Origin: Nitrospirota bacterium
GTDB taxonomy: Bacteria > Nitrospirota > UBA9217
DNA: 64,000 bases
Reading direction: 5' to 3'
Assembly: GCA_963741205.1 (NCBI GenBank)
Contig: CAVUHW010000010.1
Coordinates: 32,001-96,000 of the forward strand
Part shown: positions 22,965-35,878 of the stretch, one piece after another
Layout of the letters: each line of letters begins with the position of its first letter
Position numbering within the stretch: the stretch's first letter is position 1
Made by a program: the position numbers and the translations under genes
The notes under the pieces: generated by a model
The model's input: only the letters and a program-made list of their open reading frames with translations
Told to the model about the DNA's origin: nothing
The model's database searches: none

Positions 22965-24170
22965 ATGAGGACTCTGGATACAAAAAATTTTTTCGTGCCC
23001 GGTTACAAGACATGGGGCATCGCAAGCGGGATCAAAAAAAATGAAAAGAAAGACCTTGCGATCATTTACTCGGACCGTGAGGCCGCAATCGCCGGTGTCT
23101 TTACCAAGAACCGGGTAAAGGCCGCGCCCGTCCTTCTGGACATGGCGAAGGTCAAAGCCGGCAAGGGGCGGGCTATCATCGTCAACAGCGGATGCGCCAA
23201 TGCCTGCACGGGGAAACGCGGCATTACAGACGCCCGCGAGACCGCGGAAACGGCGGCCCGTGAACTCGGCCTGAAACCTGAGGCGGTCCTGGTCGCGTCA
23301 ACCGGTGTTATCGGAGAGTATCTGCCGATGACAAAGGTCAAGACGGGTATCGCTACCGCCGTAGGCCTTTTGACGGGCAGCGGCTGGGAGCAGGCGGCGG
23401 AGGCCATCATGACCACCGATATCTACCCGAAGCTTTCCATCGTGCAAGAGGAACTCGGCGGAAAAACCGTCACCGTTGCCGGCATTGCCAAGGGTTCGGG
23501 CATGATCCATCCGGACATGGCGACTATGCTCTGCTTTATCGTAACCGATGCCGCAATCACGGCGCCGCTGCTCAAGAAAGCGCTGCTGTCATCAGCGGAA
23601 AGATCTTTCAACCTGATCACGGTAGACGGCGACATGAGCACGAACGATACGATCCTCTGCATGGCGAACGGGGCCGCGGGGACCAAGAGAATTGCCGCCG
23701 GCAGCAAGGAATTTAAGAAATTTCAGTCCTGCATGGATGCCGTGACCCGCGCTCTTGCCAGGCAGGTTGTCCGGGACGGAGAGGGCGCGACAAAGTTCGT
23801 GGAGATTGAAGTCAGAAACGCGAAGAATCCCCGTGAGGCCAAGCAGGCGGCGATGACAGTCGCGAAGTCCAGCCTCGTCAAGACGGCGCTTTTCGGAGAA
23901 GACGCAAACTGGGGGCGGATCATGTCCGCGCTGGGTTATTCCGGTGTGGACATGGATGAGGCGAGAACGGACATCCATATCGGCAAGGCAAAAATCGTCG
24001 AGAAAGGCCTGGGCACCGGCAAGGCGGCTGAACGCGAAGCCGCGCTCGCGCTCAAACAGCGTGAGGTCCAGATCATCATCGACCTTCACAAGGGTAAAGG
24101 AAGCGCAACGGTCTGGACCTGCGACATGTCCTACGAATACGTGAAGATAAACGCCGCATACCGAAGCTGA
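22965..24170 (+). CDS. argJ: Bifunctional glutamate N-acetyltransferase / amino-acid acetyltransferase
   Basis: NSGCANACTG, IMTTD, KGSGMIHPDMATML, DGEGATK. Confidence 0.96.
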   Translation: MRTLDTKNFFVPGYKTWGIASGIKKNEKKDLAIIYSDREAAIAGVFTKNRVKAAPVLLDMAKVKAGKGRAIIVNSGCANACTGKRGITDARETAETAARELGLKPEAVLVASTGVIGEYLPMTKVKTGIATAVGLLTGSGWEQAAEAIMTTDIYPKLSIVQEELGGKTVTVAGIAKGSGMIHPDMATMLCFIVTDAAITAPLLKKALLSSAERSFNLITVDGDMSTNDTILCMANGAAGTKRIAAGSKEFKKFQSCMDAVTRALARQVVRDGEGATKFVEIEVRNAKNPREAKQAAMTVAKSSLVKTALFGEDANWGRIMSALGYSGVDMDEARTDIHIGKAKIVEKGLGTGKAAEREAALALKQREVQIIIDLHKGKGSATVWTCDMSYEYVKINAAYRS

Positions 24171-24401
24171 TGGCTCGTTATGGTTCGTGCCGGAACGGGT
24201 GTATTCCCGGCATTGAAACGCGCTGAAAAAGAAACAAAATTTCACTTGACATTCAAGGGTGGACTTGTTAATTATAGTGATTATGCCATTTTTCCTGTAG
24301 GTGAAGTTGTTTTATCATTCCCACGGTTGTCTTTTTTGCGATATCAGATATAAAAATGCAGGTATTACAACGATATGCATCAGGAGGGGGGTGTAGCGAT
24401 A

Positions 24402-24602
24402 GTGCCGAGCATCAGATTGCGGGAAAATGAACCCTTTGAGGCCGCTCTCCGTAGATTTAAAAAAAGCATTGAGAAAGAAGGCGTGCTGTCCGAGGTCAAG
24501 AAGAGAGAGCATTACGAGAAGCCGAGTATAAAGCGAAAGAAAAAGGCATTGGCCGCGCGCAAGAAAGCCGCCAAGACTGCACGCATATACAGGCAAGGCT
24601 AA
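24402..24602 (+). CDS. rpsU: 30S ribosomal protein S21
   Basis: [18 protein letters not shown]. Confidence 0.95.
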   Translation: MPSIRLRENEPFEAALRRFKKSIEKEGVLSEVKKREHYEKPSIKRKKKALAARKKAAKTARIYRQG

Positions 24603-24678
24603 ACGGTTCCAGGAAGTGGGCAGGCTGTATTGGCATGGCCTCGAGTCAGACGCGATGAGACGAGTGGAGAGAGGCTGA

Positions 24679-25122
24679 ATGGGACTGCGCGAGAAAATCG
24701 ACGCTGATACGAAAGATGCCCTCAAGTCCGGCGCGAAGGAAAAACTCTCGACTCTGCGGATGCTGAACGCCGCACTCAAGAACAAACAGATCGACAAGCG
24801 GCGGTCTCTCACCGAAGAAGAGGTGATGGAGACCGTTCGTTCCCTCATCAAACAGCGGAGGGATTCGGTCGAGCAGTTTGCGAAGGGCGGCCGGCAGGAT
24901 CTCGTAGACAAGGAAACCGCCGAGATAGGCGTGCTCGAATTCTATCTGCCCCAGCAGTTATCTCGCGAAGAGCTTGAGGCGATGGTCCGGGATGCCGTTA
25001 CCAGGACCGCGGCGCAAGGCGCCAAGGACATGGGCAAGGTCATGAAAGCGCTTATTCCCATGGTCGGAGGGCGAGCGGACGGGAAACTGCTGAGCGAGCT
25101 GGTAAAAAATGCGCTGGGATAA
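24679..25122 (+). CDS. GatB/YqeY domain protein
   Basis: KQRRDSVEQF, YLPQQLS, DMGKVM, GRADG. Confidence 0.92.
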   Translation: MGLREKIDADTKDALKSGAKEKLSTLRMLNAALKNKQIDKRRSLTEEEVMETVRSLIKQRRDSVEQFAKGGRQDLVDKETAEIGVLEFYLPQQLSREELEAMVRDAVTRTAAQGAKDMGKVMKALIPMVGGRADGKLLSELVKNALG

Positions 25123-25215
25123 CGACCTGGTTCGAGCAGACGGCGTGCCATTCACTTACAACGGAGCGGAACAGGGGGCCATGGAGACGGAGTCCGAGGC
25201 CCCCTGATTTTTTTT

Positions 25216-27601
25216 ATGAATGAACATACCCTCCGGGTCCTGGAGTTTGACAAGCTCATCACCATCGTCGCCGGATACGCCGCGTCGGAACCAGGCGGCG
25301 CGGCCGTCAAGAGGATGCTGCCCGCGCAGGAGCCGGAGGTAGTTGCGGCCCTTCTCGGGGAAACAAAAGAATTTACACGGATCCTCGAAAGCGGCGAGAC
25401 CCCGCCGCTTGACGGCATCCGCGATGTCGGGTCAGGCGGTTGAAAAACTCGGTGTCGCCGGCTCCGTCCTGACGCCGGTCGAGCTGCTCAATATGGCCGC
25501 GACCCTCGCCGCAGGCAGGCGGGTCAAGAAGTTCTTTCAGCGGATAGAAGGCAAGGGCACGGTTTCCAGCCCTTTTGCCCCTCTCTTGTGCTCGCGTGCC
25601 GCTGTCATACGGCCGCTCAAGGAGATCGAGGACGCGGTATTCTGCCGCCATCGATGAACAGGCGGAGGTCAGGGACTCGGCCAGTCCGGACCTTCGGAGG
25701 ATCCGCAGACAGATCGTGCGGACGAGGGACGACATTCTCGGCCGCATGTCCGGCATGCTGCAGGATAATGATTTTCAAAAGGTCATCCAGGAGCCGGTCA
25801 TTACGATTCGCGACGACCGGTACGTGCTGCCGCTCAAACCCAACTTCAGGCAAAATCTGAAGGGTGTAGTGCACGGGCAGTCAGGTTCGCGTGCCACGCT
25901 CTTTGTGGAACCTCTCGAAGTGCTGGAGCAGAACAACAGGCTCGCCGAGCTGCGCATGGAAGAGCGCGAAGAAGTCGAGCGCATTCTGCGGGAACTGACG
26001 GCGCTCCTGGCGCGAGAGGTTGACGCGGTCAGTGCAACGACCCGGGCCCTTGCCGCAATCGACGCGGTCCATGCCCGTGCCCGCTTCGGCCTGGACCTCG
26101 GCGGGACGGTGCCGGTACTCTCTCCGGAAAAACGCGTACGGCTCCTGAAGGCGCGGCACCCACTGCTCGTCTGGAAACAGAAAATGACGGGCGGCAGGGA
26201 TGTGGCCCCGAATGATATCGAACTGGGCAAGGATGAGCGGGCGCTCGTCGTGAGCGGTCCGAACGCCGGCGGCAAGACCGTGATCCTGAAGACCGTCGGG
26301 CTTCTTTCGCTCATGGCGCAGGCCGGCCTGCCCGTGACTGCCGCGGAAGGAAGCGAGCTGCCCTGCTTCGGTTCGGTCTTTGCCGACATCGGCGACGAGC
26401 AGAGTATCGAGCAGGATCTCAGCACCTTCTCATCCCACGTGGGTCATATCGCCGAAATTCTCAGGCAGGCCGATCAGGGATTCACTCGTGCTCCTCGACG
26501 AGCTCGGGTCCGGCACCGACCCGGCAGAAGGCGCGGGACTCGGCGCGGCCGTACTTGAAAGTTTGATCGACCGGGGCTCGGTGACCCTCATCACGACGCA
26601 CCACAACTCGCTCAAGCTTTTCGGGGCCGAGGAGAGAGGCGCCGTGAACGCGGCCATGGAATTTGATCCTGTAACGCTCCTGCCCACATACCGGTTGATA
26701 CCGGGCAGGCCCGGCAGAAGTTACGGCCTGGACATGGCGCATCGGATCGGCGTGCCGGACGAAGTGATTCGAAAGGCCCGGGCCCGGATAAGCAACGACG
26801 ATACCAGGCTCGAAAACCTGCTGAAGCAGGTTGAGGCCGACACGCAGAGGCTTGCGGTGGAGCGCGCGGCCCTCGAAAGAGGAACTTGCCGCGGCGAGCA
26901 GGGAGAGGGCCGAGACAGAAGCGGCGCTTCGGGCGGCGAAGGATGAGGCCCGGGAAATAAAAGTCAAAGGCGAAAGCGGAAGCGAGAGAGACCGTGGCAT
27001 CGCTCCGGCAGAGGCTCCGCGAGCTTTCCCGGGCAGCCGTAACCGGGCAGGCGGAGCTCAGGAAGCAGGCCGCAGAGATCGAATCGCTCGCCGCGAAGCT
27101 CGATCCCGACGTATGAGCAGGAACAGGGCGCCGTGCCGGCCCCCGACCTTCATCCGGGCGACCGGGTGCGGATCCCGCGGTGGAACCGGTCGGCAACAGT
27201 GCTTGCTTCGGAGCGGGGCCTGCTCGAACTCGACGTGGACGGCAAGAAACTCAAACTGCCTCATCGGGAAGTCATGCCGATCGAGCCCCTTCGCGGGCAG
27301 GCAGAACACATACCACGGTCCGGGTTGGAGCGCCGATCTCTCCGAAGAGAGCGGCGCGTCCGACCGGCTGAACATCATCGGGCTCCGTGTGAATGAGGGC
27401 CTTGGCGAGGTCGAACGCTTCATTGACCACGCGGGGATTATCGGACTGTCGATCGTGACGATCATTCACGGTCTGGGCACGGGAGCGCTCAAATCGGCAG
27501 TCACGGATTACTTGAAGAACCACCCCCTGATCGCGTCAATCCGGCCCGGTGAACCGGCCGAGGGCGGGGCGGGCGTGACGGTGGCGGAGTTGAAGAAATA
27601 A
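25216..27601 (+). CDS. mutS2: Endonuclease MutS2; several frameshifts
   Basis: LRVLEFDK, SGPNAGGKT, DIGDEQS, LLDELGSGTDP, TTH, C-terminal Smr IIHGLGTG. Confidence 0.92.
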
Positions 27602-27602
27602 C

Positions 27603-29384
27603 GTGTTCTCCGATGACATTATAAACCGGGTGCGGGACAGCGTTGATATCGTCGATCTCGTCTCCGGATATGTTTCCCTGAGGAAAACGGGGAAGAACCA
27701 CGTCGGGCTCTGTCCCTTTCATGCCGAGAAAACGCCGTCGTTTTCCGTCAACCCGGACAAGCAGATCTTTCACTGCTTCGGGTGCGGCGTGGGCGGGGAC
27801 GTTTTCAAGTTTCTGGAGCTGCAGGAAGGCCTGAACTTTCCCGAGGCAATGAAGAGCCTGGCAGGCCAAAGCGGCGATCCCATTGCCCGCGGATACCAGG
27901 GCACGGCAGGACAAGAAAACAGAGGACGAGCGCGCGGCGCTCCTTGCGGTTCGTTGCCGATGCCGCCGACTATTTCCGGAAGGAACTCGAAGGGCCCGCC
28001 GGAAGCGCGGCGCGGGCGTACCTTGCGAAGCGCGGCGTCAGCGAACAGACGATCAAGGATTTTGCGCTCGGCTTTGCGAGGCCCGAGTGGGACGGCCTGC
28101 TCCGGCATCTCAGGCAGAAGGGCCATGCGCAGGGCCTCATGGAGAAGGCCGGGCTCGTCGTCAAACGGAGCGAGGGCGACGGCTGGTACGACCGTTTCCG
28201 GGGCAGGATCATCTTTCCGATCCGCGACATCTCCGGAAACGTGATCGCTTTCGGCGGCAGGGTGATGGACGATTCGCTGCCCAAGTACCTGAACTCGCCC
28301 GAGACGCCGCTCTACAGCAAGAGCAACGTCCTCTACTGCCTGGACAAGGCAAAGGACCCGGCCAGGAAGCAGGGATACTTCATCATCGTCGAGGGATACC
28401 TGGACGCGCTTGCCTGCCATCAGTTCGGAGCGAGGAACGCCGTGGCAACCTTGGGCACCGCCCTGACCGAGGGGCACCTGAGGCTCATGCGGCGGTTTCG
28501 CCCATAACCTGGTGCTAATCTTCGATCCCGATCCGGCGGGTGTGAAGGCGGCCCTTCGCGGCCTCGACCTGTTCGTCGCGAGCGGGATGAAGGTAAACGT
28601 CGTGTCCCTTCCCGACGGCGACGACCCTGATACGTTTTTGAACAAGAACGGCTACGAGGCCTTCGCTTCCTGTCTCAAGAAGTCGCGAGAAGTTCATGGA
28701 TTTTGTGCTGGGCCAGGTGGTGCAGGGCGGGCGCGCCGCCTCGATCGACGAGAAAGTGCATTGAAGCCGGCGAGATGCTCTCCATCATCGCCAAGCTCCC
28801 GAGCGGGATCGAACGCGATTATTATCTGAAAAAGACCGCGGAGGCGCTGGACCTCGATGAAGGCGTACTGCGGCGGGAAATGCCGCAGGACTTAAGACGC
28901 ACGACGCCGTCACAGCCAAGGGGGCAGGCTGCGGGATCAGTCGCGAAGCCATCGGCCCAAAGCCGAGGAGACCCTGATCCACCTCATGCTGAAGGACGAG
29001 GGGATCGCGAAGGGCCTGCTTGAGCAGATCCAGCCTGAGGATTTTACCGATCCTCTGTACCGGCGGGCGGTGGAACGGATTTTTGAGGTCCTGCGAACCA
29101 GGGGCACACTCGAGTCCCGGGCGCTTGTGCAGGAAGGGGACGAGGAACTCAATCGGCTGTTCTCGTACTATGCCGTGCTGGAAATGGTGGATGAGGATCC
29201 TGCGAGGTCCTGCCGGGATTGCGTGGAACTGATAAAGCAGCAGGACCCGGAGAAACAGATGAAACAGATCGTCAAGGCGCTCAAGGAAGCGGAGGAACAG
29301 GGCAATGCCGAGGAGTACAACCGGCTTCTTGAGATGCAGCAGCAGTTATGCAGAAGGCCGGGGAGGCGCATTCCCGGCATGTAG
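27603..29384 (+). CDS. dnaG: DNA primase; several frameshifts
   Basis: CPFH.EKTPSF, CFGCG, DRFRGRIIFPI, KYLNSPET, VEGYLD, DPD. Confidence 0.93.
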
Positions 29385-29478
29385 GGCAACGTTCGACGCG
29401 CATTCCCTGAGTGCGGTCCCATTCATTATCGCGATGGCGGGTAGGATGAACGCTTATCGTAAAAAGGAGCACCAACGT

Positions 29479-31282
<1,804 letters not shown>

Positions 31283-31302
31283 GGAATGCCGGCGGCAAAG
31301 TC

Positions 31303-31331
31303 TTGACATTTTCCGGAGGTTGTGACATTAT
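31303..31331 (+). promoter_or_regulatory. Sigma-70 promoter upstream of the tRNA
   Basis: TTGACA-N17-CATTAT with extended TG. Confidence 0.6.
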
Positions 31332-31345
31332 GATGCTCCCAGTTA

Positions 31346-31474
31346 AAATCTCAAATCGCAAGTATCAAATCAAAAATAAGCTTGAGGCGCCAAATACGAA
31401 GCTCCAGATGTTCCGCATCTTGGTGCCCTGCATTTTGGGGTTTATTGGGAATTTGGATTTTGAAATTTGAATTT
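31346..31474. repeat. AT-rich heptamer repeat hairpin (CAAATnn / nnATTTG)
   Basis: aaaatctcaaatcgcaagtatcaaatc ... atttggattttgaaatttgaattt. Confidence 0.6.
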
Positions 31475-31484
31475 CCCCGCAGGG

Positions 31485-31560
31485 GGGCCCATAGCTCAGC
31501 TGGTAGAGCTACCGGCTCATAACCGGTTGGTCCCAGGTTCGAGTCCTGGTGGGCCCACCA
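31485..31560 (+). tRNA. tRNA with CAT anticodon, most likely tRNA-Ile2 (lysidine-modified)
   Basis: 76 nt cloverleaf GGGCCCA...CTCATAA...GGTTCGAGTCC...TGGGCCCACCA; Ile-type acceptor stem and location after rpoD. Confidence 0.92.
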
Positions 31561-31660
31561 CTCTCTGACGGAAGGGTGTTTTCCTGATGCAAGGGTTTTC
31601 AGCCACAATGAAATACAAAACTGGTTACTGCCGGCAGACAGCACGGCAGGTCTCAGTTTA

Positions 31661-31689
31661 AAAAAAATGCGCCGCAAGGCGCATTTTTT
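31661..31689 (+). terminator. Intrinsic (bidirectional) terminator
   Basis: aaaaaaatgcgcc-gcaa-ggcgcatttttt. Confidence 0.75.
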
Positions 31690-31700
31690 ATTTTGGAGGT

Positions 31701-32429
31701 GTGATGGACGAACAGCTCGGCATGCTCATTCAGCTTCAGGAAATGGACGGGAAAATCCGCAGCCTCGCGGATCAGAAAAAGCGCCTGCCTGAGATTCTGG
31801 CGGGGCTCGAAAGCAGGCGCGCCGCGAACAAGGCGGAGCTTGAAACCGTGAAAGAGAACCTTCTTGCGGCGCAGAAGAGCAAGCGCGACCGCGACAGCGA
31901 CCTGGAGGCGGGCGCCCAGAAGGTCGAAAAACTGAAGGCCCGTACCTCGGAGATCAAGAACAACAAGGAGTACCAGGCGATGCTCAAGGAGATCGAGACG
32001 GCGGAGCAGGAAAACAAGGCCATCGAGGACGACATCCTGGCTCTGATGGAAAAGATCGACGCCGCGGCAACGCAGATAACCGCTGCGGAGCAAAAGGCGA
32101 ACGAGGAGGAAGTCTCGATCCAGGCGGAAGTGAAGCAGCATGAGGCCGCGTTCGCGAAGCTCGAGGTGGAATTGCGGGGCGTTGAACAGGCCCGTCGGGA
32201 GCTTGCCGCACGCGTTGATCCCTCGGTCCTTTCCTCATATCAGAAGCTGCTTCTGACAAAAGGCGGCGTGGCCATTGCCGAGGCGCGCGGCGAGAACTGT
32301 TCCGGCTGTTATATGAGCATACCGCCCCAGATTTTCGTCAACATCAAGAAAAACGAAAGCATCATCACCTGCCCCAACTGCCACCGGATACTCTACTACA
32401 AGGAAGCGATCGTGCAGAAGAACAGTTAA
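31701..32429 (+). CDS. Coiled-coil protein with a C4-type zinc ribbon (DUF164 family)
   Basis: LIQLQEMD; CSGCYM.IPPQ; CPNCHRILY. Confidence 0.9.
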   Translation: MMDEQLGMLIQLQEMDGKIRSLADQKKRLPEILAGLESRRAANKAELETVKENLLAAQKSKRDRDSDLEAGAQKVEKLKARTSEIKNNKEYQAMLKEIETAEQENKAIEDDILALMEKIDAAATQITAAEQKANEEEVSIQAEVKQHEAAFAKLEVELRGVEQARRELAARVDPSVLSSYQKLLLTKGGVAIAEARGENCSGCYMSIPPQIFVNIKKNESIITCPNCHRILYYKEAIVQKNS

Positions 32430-32474
32430 TAATGGTCTCAAAATAGTATCTCTAGAGTCGTCGACCAAGCAGCT

Positions 32475-32558
32475 TGTCATCCCCGAATGCCTCTATCGGG
32501 GATCCATCTTGACGTGATAGAAAATGGATTCCCGCTCAGAAGCATTGCGGGAATGACA
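32475..32558. repeat. REP/RPE-like palindromic element
   Basis: tgtcatccccgaatgcctctatcggggatcc...ggattcccgc...gcgggaatgaca. Confidence 0.8.
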
Positions 32559-32567
32559 TTTTATAAT

Positions 32568-32963
32568 ATGGAACTTACCATCTACACCGACGGCGCATCG
32601 CGGAACAACCCGGGCGAGGCCGGCGCCGGCGTCTCTATCGTTCAGAGCGGCCGGCCCGTAGCGGAGATAGCCCGCTATCTAGGGACGACGACGAACAATA
32701 TCGCCGAATACACGGCGGCGATCATCGGACTGGAAGACGCGCTCAAACGGGGTGCGACGAGCGTCAAGCTCTATGCCGATTCCGAGCTTCTTGTGAAACA
32801 GTTGAACGGACAGTACCGGGTGAAGAACGAGGGGCTGAAGCCTCTCTACCAGCGGGTGCAGGAACTGATTGCAAAGATCGGCCGCGTTGAGGTACAATAC
32901 ATCCCGCGGGAGATGAACAAGGAAGCGGACGCCCTTGCAAATAAGGCGATTGACGAAAAATAA
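32568..32963 (+). CDS. Ribonuclease HI family protein (short archaeal/actinobacterial type)
   Basis: YTDGASRNNPG, TNNIAEY, DSELLVKQ, IPREMNKEADALAN. Confidence 0.92.
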   Translation: MELTIYTDGASRNNPGEAGAGVSIVQSGRPVAEIARYLGTTTNNIAEYTAAIIGLEDALKRGATSVKLYADSELLVKQLNGQYRVKNEGLKPLYQRVQELIAKIGRVEVQYIPREMNKEADALANKAIDEK

Positions 32964-32989
32964 TTGAGAAATTGAATTGATTCTTTGAT

Positions 32990-33361
32990 TCAGAGCGGGT
33001 GAGATGATCGCTCTCCGGCAACGGGGGGAGGAAAGTCCGAGCTCCGCAGGGCAAGGCGGTCCCGAAACGGGACAGGGGGCGACCCCATGGACAGTGCCAC
33101 AGAAAAGAAGACCGCCCCGATACAGGGGTAAGGGTGAAACGGTGGGGCAAGAGCCCACCAGATTCCCGGGCGACCGGGAGTGCTTGGAAAACCCCGCCTG
33201 GAGCAAGACCACATAGGGAAGCGTCCCCCGCAAGGGGGTAAGGACGGCCCGTCCGAGACTTCCGGGTAGGTCGCATGAGCCTTCGAGCAATCGGGGGCCT
33301 AGATAAATGATCATCACCCCGAGCGATCGGGGGACAGAACTCGGCTTACGGCCCGCTCTGA
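32990..33361 (+). ncRNA. rnpB: RNase P RNA (type A)
   Basis: GAGGAAAGTCC, AGTGCCACAGAAA, GGGTGAAACGG, ACAGAACTCGGCTTA; terminal P1 tcagagcggg/cccgctctga. Confidence 0.97.
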
Positions 33362-33377
33362 TTTTTTTGTTTTCACG

Positions 33378-33463
33378 ACTCCTCACCCCGGCCCTCTCCC
33401 GCATGGGCGAGGGCGACAAAGAGCATGCCCCCGCATTACGTAAGCGGGGGTGAGGGGGGACTT
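33378..33463. repeat. CCTCACCCC.GCCCTCTCCC-type GC-rich palindromic intergenic repeat
   Basis: cctcaccccggccctctcccgcatgggcgaggg ... gggggtgagggg. Confidence 0.6.
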
Positions 33464-33487
33464 GCTGCAACGTCGCGAGTGTGATCC

Positions 33488-34135
33488 ATGGGCAACAAGA
33501 TCTTTGCCAACCTTCCCTTCGAAAAGCTCAATAAAAAGCTTGAGAGTAAGACTGCTGTTTCCACCCCCCCTCCCGTTCGCCAAAAGAAAAAAGAAGAGTA
33601 TACCGATGAAGAACTGTTCGGGCGGGAGATGGTTGATGTCCTCGTGATCGAGGAATTTCGTTCCCTTGCCTGCGCACCTCGGCAGCGAAAGACGAAAACA
33701 GAACCGGTGCCGCGCGATCCCGAGGAAGAGGCGTTCCAGGTCCTCTGCGAAATCACGGCGGGAGAGCGCCCGATCCATCTGCCGGACACCCAGGAATACG
33801 TCGAGTGGATCCACCCTCAATTTCGCGATGATATCATTCAGAGCCTGCACGAAGGGAAGTTTGCGGTCCAGGCCTTCCTCGATCTGCACGGCTGCACCAT
33901 CCCCGAAGCAGAAGAAGAACTCGATGAATTCATCAAGGACGCGCTCAAAAAAAGCCTGCGCTGCGTCAAGGTCATTCATGGGCGCGGTCTTCGTTCCGTC
34001 AAGGGCGCCCGGCTAAAGTACGCCGTCGTGGCAAGGCTTTCCGGCCATTTTCGCAAGGACATCATCGCCTATGTGACCGCGCGCCAGTGCGACGGCGGCC
34101 TTGGGGCGCTGTACGTTCTCTTGAGTAAGAAGTAA
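33488..34135 (+). CDS. Smr/MutS family protein
   Basis: LDLHG, VIHGRG, DGGLGALYVLL. Confidence 0.9.
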   Translation: MGNKIFANLPFEKLNKKLESKTAVSTPPPVRQKKKEEYTDEELFGREMVDVLVIEEFRSLACAPRQRKTKTEPVPRDPEEEAFQVLCEITAGERPIHLPDTQEYVEWIHPQFRDDIIQSLHEGKFAVQAFLDLHGCTIPEAEEELDEFIKDALKKSLRCVKVIHGRGLRSVKGARLKYAVVARLSGHFRKDIIAYVTARQCDGGLGALYVLLSKK

Positions 34136-34226
34136 CCATGGCAGGGCGTCGAGTCTTGCATCAGGGGCGAAAGGCTCGTTATGCTTTACGAGAACAGCAA
34201 GTTTAACAATTTCCCCTTTATGACCT

Positions 34227-34865
34227 ATGCCGGGCATACAAACCTTTGACAAGCATGTGAACGAGTACGAGCAGTGGTTCGTCGACCACCCGCTCGCGTA
34301 TGTGTCCGAGCTTCACGCGGTCCGCGAACTGCTGCCGAACAGCGGCAGCGGGATCGAGATCGGCGTCGGAACCGGCAGGTTTGCGGCGCCCCTCGGGATC
34401 AAAAGAGGGATAGAGCCTTCAAGGCCCATGGCTGAGCTTGCGCGAAAGAAGGGGATCGAGGTCACATCCGGCGTCGCCGAGAAGCTTCCGTTCACAGACG
34501 GGGAATTCGATTTCGCGCTCATGGTGACCACGGTCTGCTTTCTCGACGACATGGACCTGGCATTCCGCGAAGCCCGTCGGGTGCTCAGGCCCGGCGGCCC
34601 GTTCATCATCGGGTTCATCGACCGGGAGAGCCCCCTCGGCAGGGAGTACCTGCAGCGCAAGGACAAAAGCGCGTTTTACAAGGACGCGACCTTCTACTCC
34701 GTAAACGAGATCGTGGAGCATCTCGCAAAGGCGGGTTTCGTTGATTTTGCCTTTCGCCAGACGCTCTTCGGAAATCCAGGCGATATGGAGAAGGCTGATC
34801 CCGTGAAAGAGGGGCACGGAGAAGGGTCTTTCGTCGCGGTGAGGGGAGTCAAAGGAACGCGGTGA
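34227..34865 (+). CDS. Class I SAM-dependent methyltransferase
   Basis: EIGVGTGRF, AEKLPF, EARRVLRPGG. Confidence 0.9.
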   Translation: MPGIQTFDKHVNEYEQWFVDHPLAYVSELHAVRELLPNSGSGIEIGVGTGRFAAPLGIKRGIEPSRPMAELARKKGIEVTSGVAEKLPFTDGEFDFALMVTTVCFLDDMDLAFREARRVLRPGGPFIIGFIDRESPLGREYLQRKDKSAFYKDATFYSVNEIVEHLAKAGFVDFAFRQTLFGNPGDMEKADPVKEGHGEGSFVAVRGVKGTR

Positions 34866-34996
34866 CAGATTTACAAGAAGGCCAATTTTTGATACACTCG
34901 TCGCGTCGATTCGTTATCTGGTTGGTAAGGCAGGTTGGGAAGAGGTACGCTCCAGCATGCCTACCGTGCAATTAAACATTAGGGAGGCAAGCAATA

Positions 34997-35095
34997 ATGA
35001 ACATTCTTTTTACCATCACAGCGGTGCTGGCGGCGGTTTACTGCTTCGCCGCTGTCGGCTACTACTACGGGTTCAAGAACTGGTCACCTATGTGA
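34997..35095 (+). CDS. Small membrane peptide of 32 aa, or 68 aa (to 35203) if TGA 35093 is read as selenocysteine
   Basis: RBS agggagg then ATG; MNILFTITAVLAAVYCFAAVGYYYGFKNWSPM-TGA followed by a hairpin. Confidence 0.55.
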   Translation: MNILFTITAVLAAVYCFAAVGYYYGFKNWSPM

Positions 35096-35262
35096 GGACC
35101 TCGCAAATCGCCGGCGGCGCCGGCGAACGGCATACGATGGCTCCCGACCAAGCAAAAAAGGGAAGGGAGATCGAACGGGAAATTTCTTAGGTCCGGAGGT
35201 TAGAGGGATCAGAGGGCCATCTATTGCCTTTTGAACTTCCTGTCAATCATAAGCGAGAAAAT

Positions 35263-35877
35263 ATGAACCTTACTCGTATTTCTAAGAACGATGCCCGGTA
35301 TCCTCCTGCGTTAGGTCATTATCTCGGCAATTCCGCCCCTGGAGAGGTTGCCGCTCTGGGCAACCTGGAAATCCTGAATAACAAAAAGACTGCTCTCTTC
35401 TGCTCCTCTAAGTGTCCCTGCGATCTTATCATCAAAACATCCGACTTGACGAAGAAGTGGCGCGATGAGGGGGTCACGGTGATCAGCGGATTTCACTCGC
35501 CGGTGGAGCAGGAGTGTCTGACTGTGCTTCTTCAGGGAAGGCAGCCGGTCATTCTCTGCCCGGCCCGGAGCATCGAGGGGATGAGGGTAAAGAAGGGACA
35601 GTTGAAGCCGCTTGAAGCGGGGCGATTATTGATACTGTCTCCTTTTCCGCAAAAGGAACGGCGGATGACTGCCGGCCTGGCCCGCGCGAGAAACCTCTTT
35701 GTCGCTGCGTTAGCTGACGAGATTTTCGTTTCCCATGCCTCGCGGGGCGGAAAGATAGAGCAATTCTGCCGTGAAATTGTCCCTTGGCGCAAGCCCGTAA
35801 CGACGCTTGTGAGTGATTCAAATAATAACCTCCTGGAACTCGGCGCACGTTGTGTGAAGCCGGACATGGCCGCGTAG
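35263..35877 (+). CDS. Short DprA/SMF-like (SLOG fold) protein
   Basis: YP..L, GNLEIL, ALFCS, VISGFHSPVE, ARNLFVAALAD. Confidence 0.75.
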   Translation: MNLTRISKNDARYPPALGHYLGNSAPGEVAALGNLEILNNKKTALFCSSKCPCDLIIKTSDLTKKWRDEGVTVISGFHSPVEQECLTVLLQGRQPVILCPARSIEGMRVKKGQLKPLEAGRLLILSPFPQKERRMTAGLARARNLFVAALADEIFVSHASRGGKIEQFCREIVPWRKPVTTLVSDSNNNLLELGARCVKPDMAA

Positions 35878-35878
35878 T

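Noticed and set aside
32679-33470. ORFs overlapping 32990-33361
   Set aside because: This region is the RNase P RNA gene.
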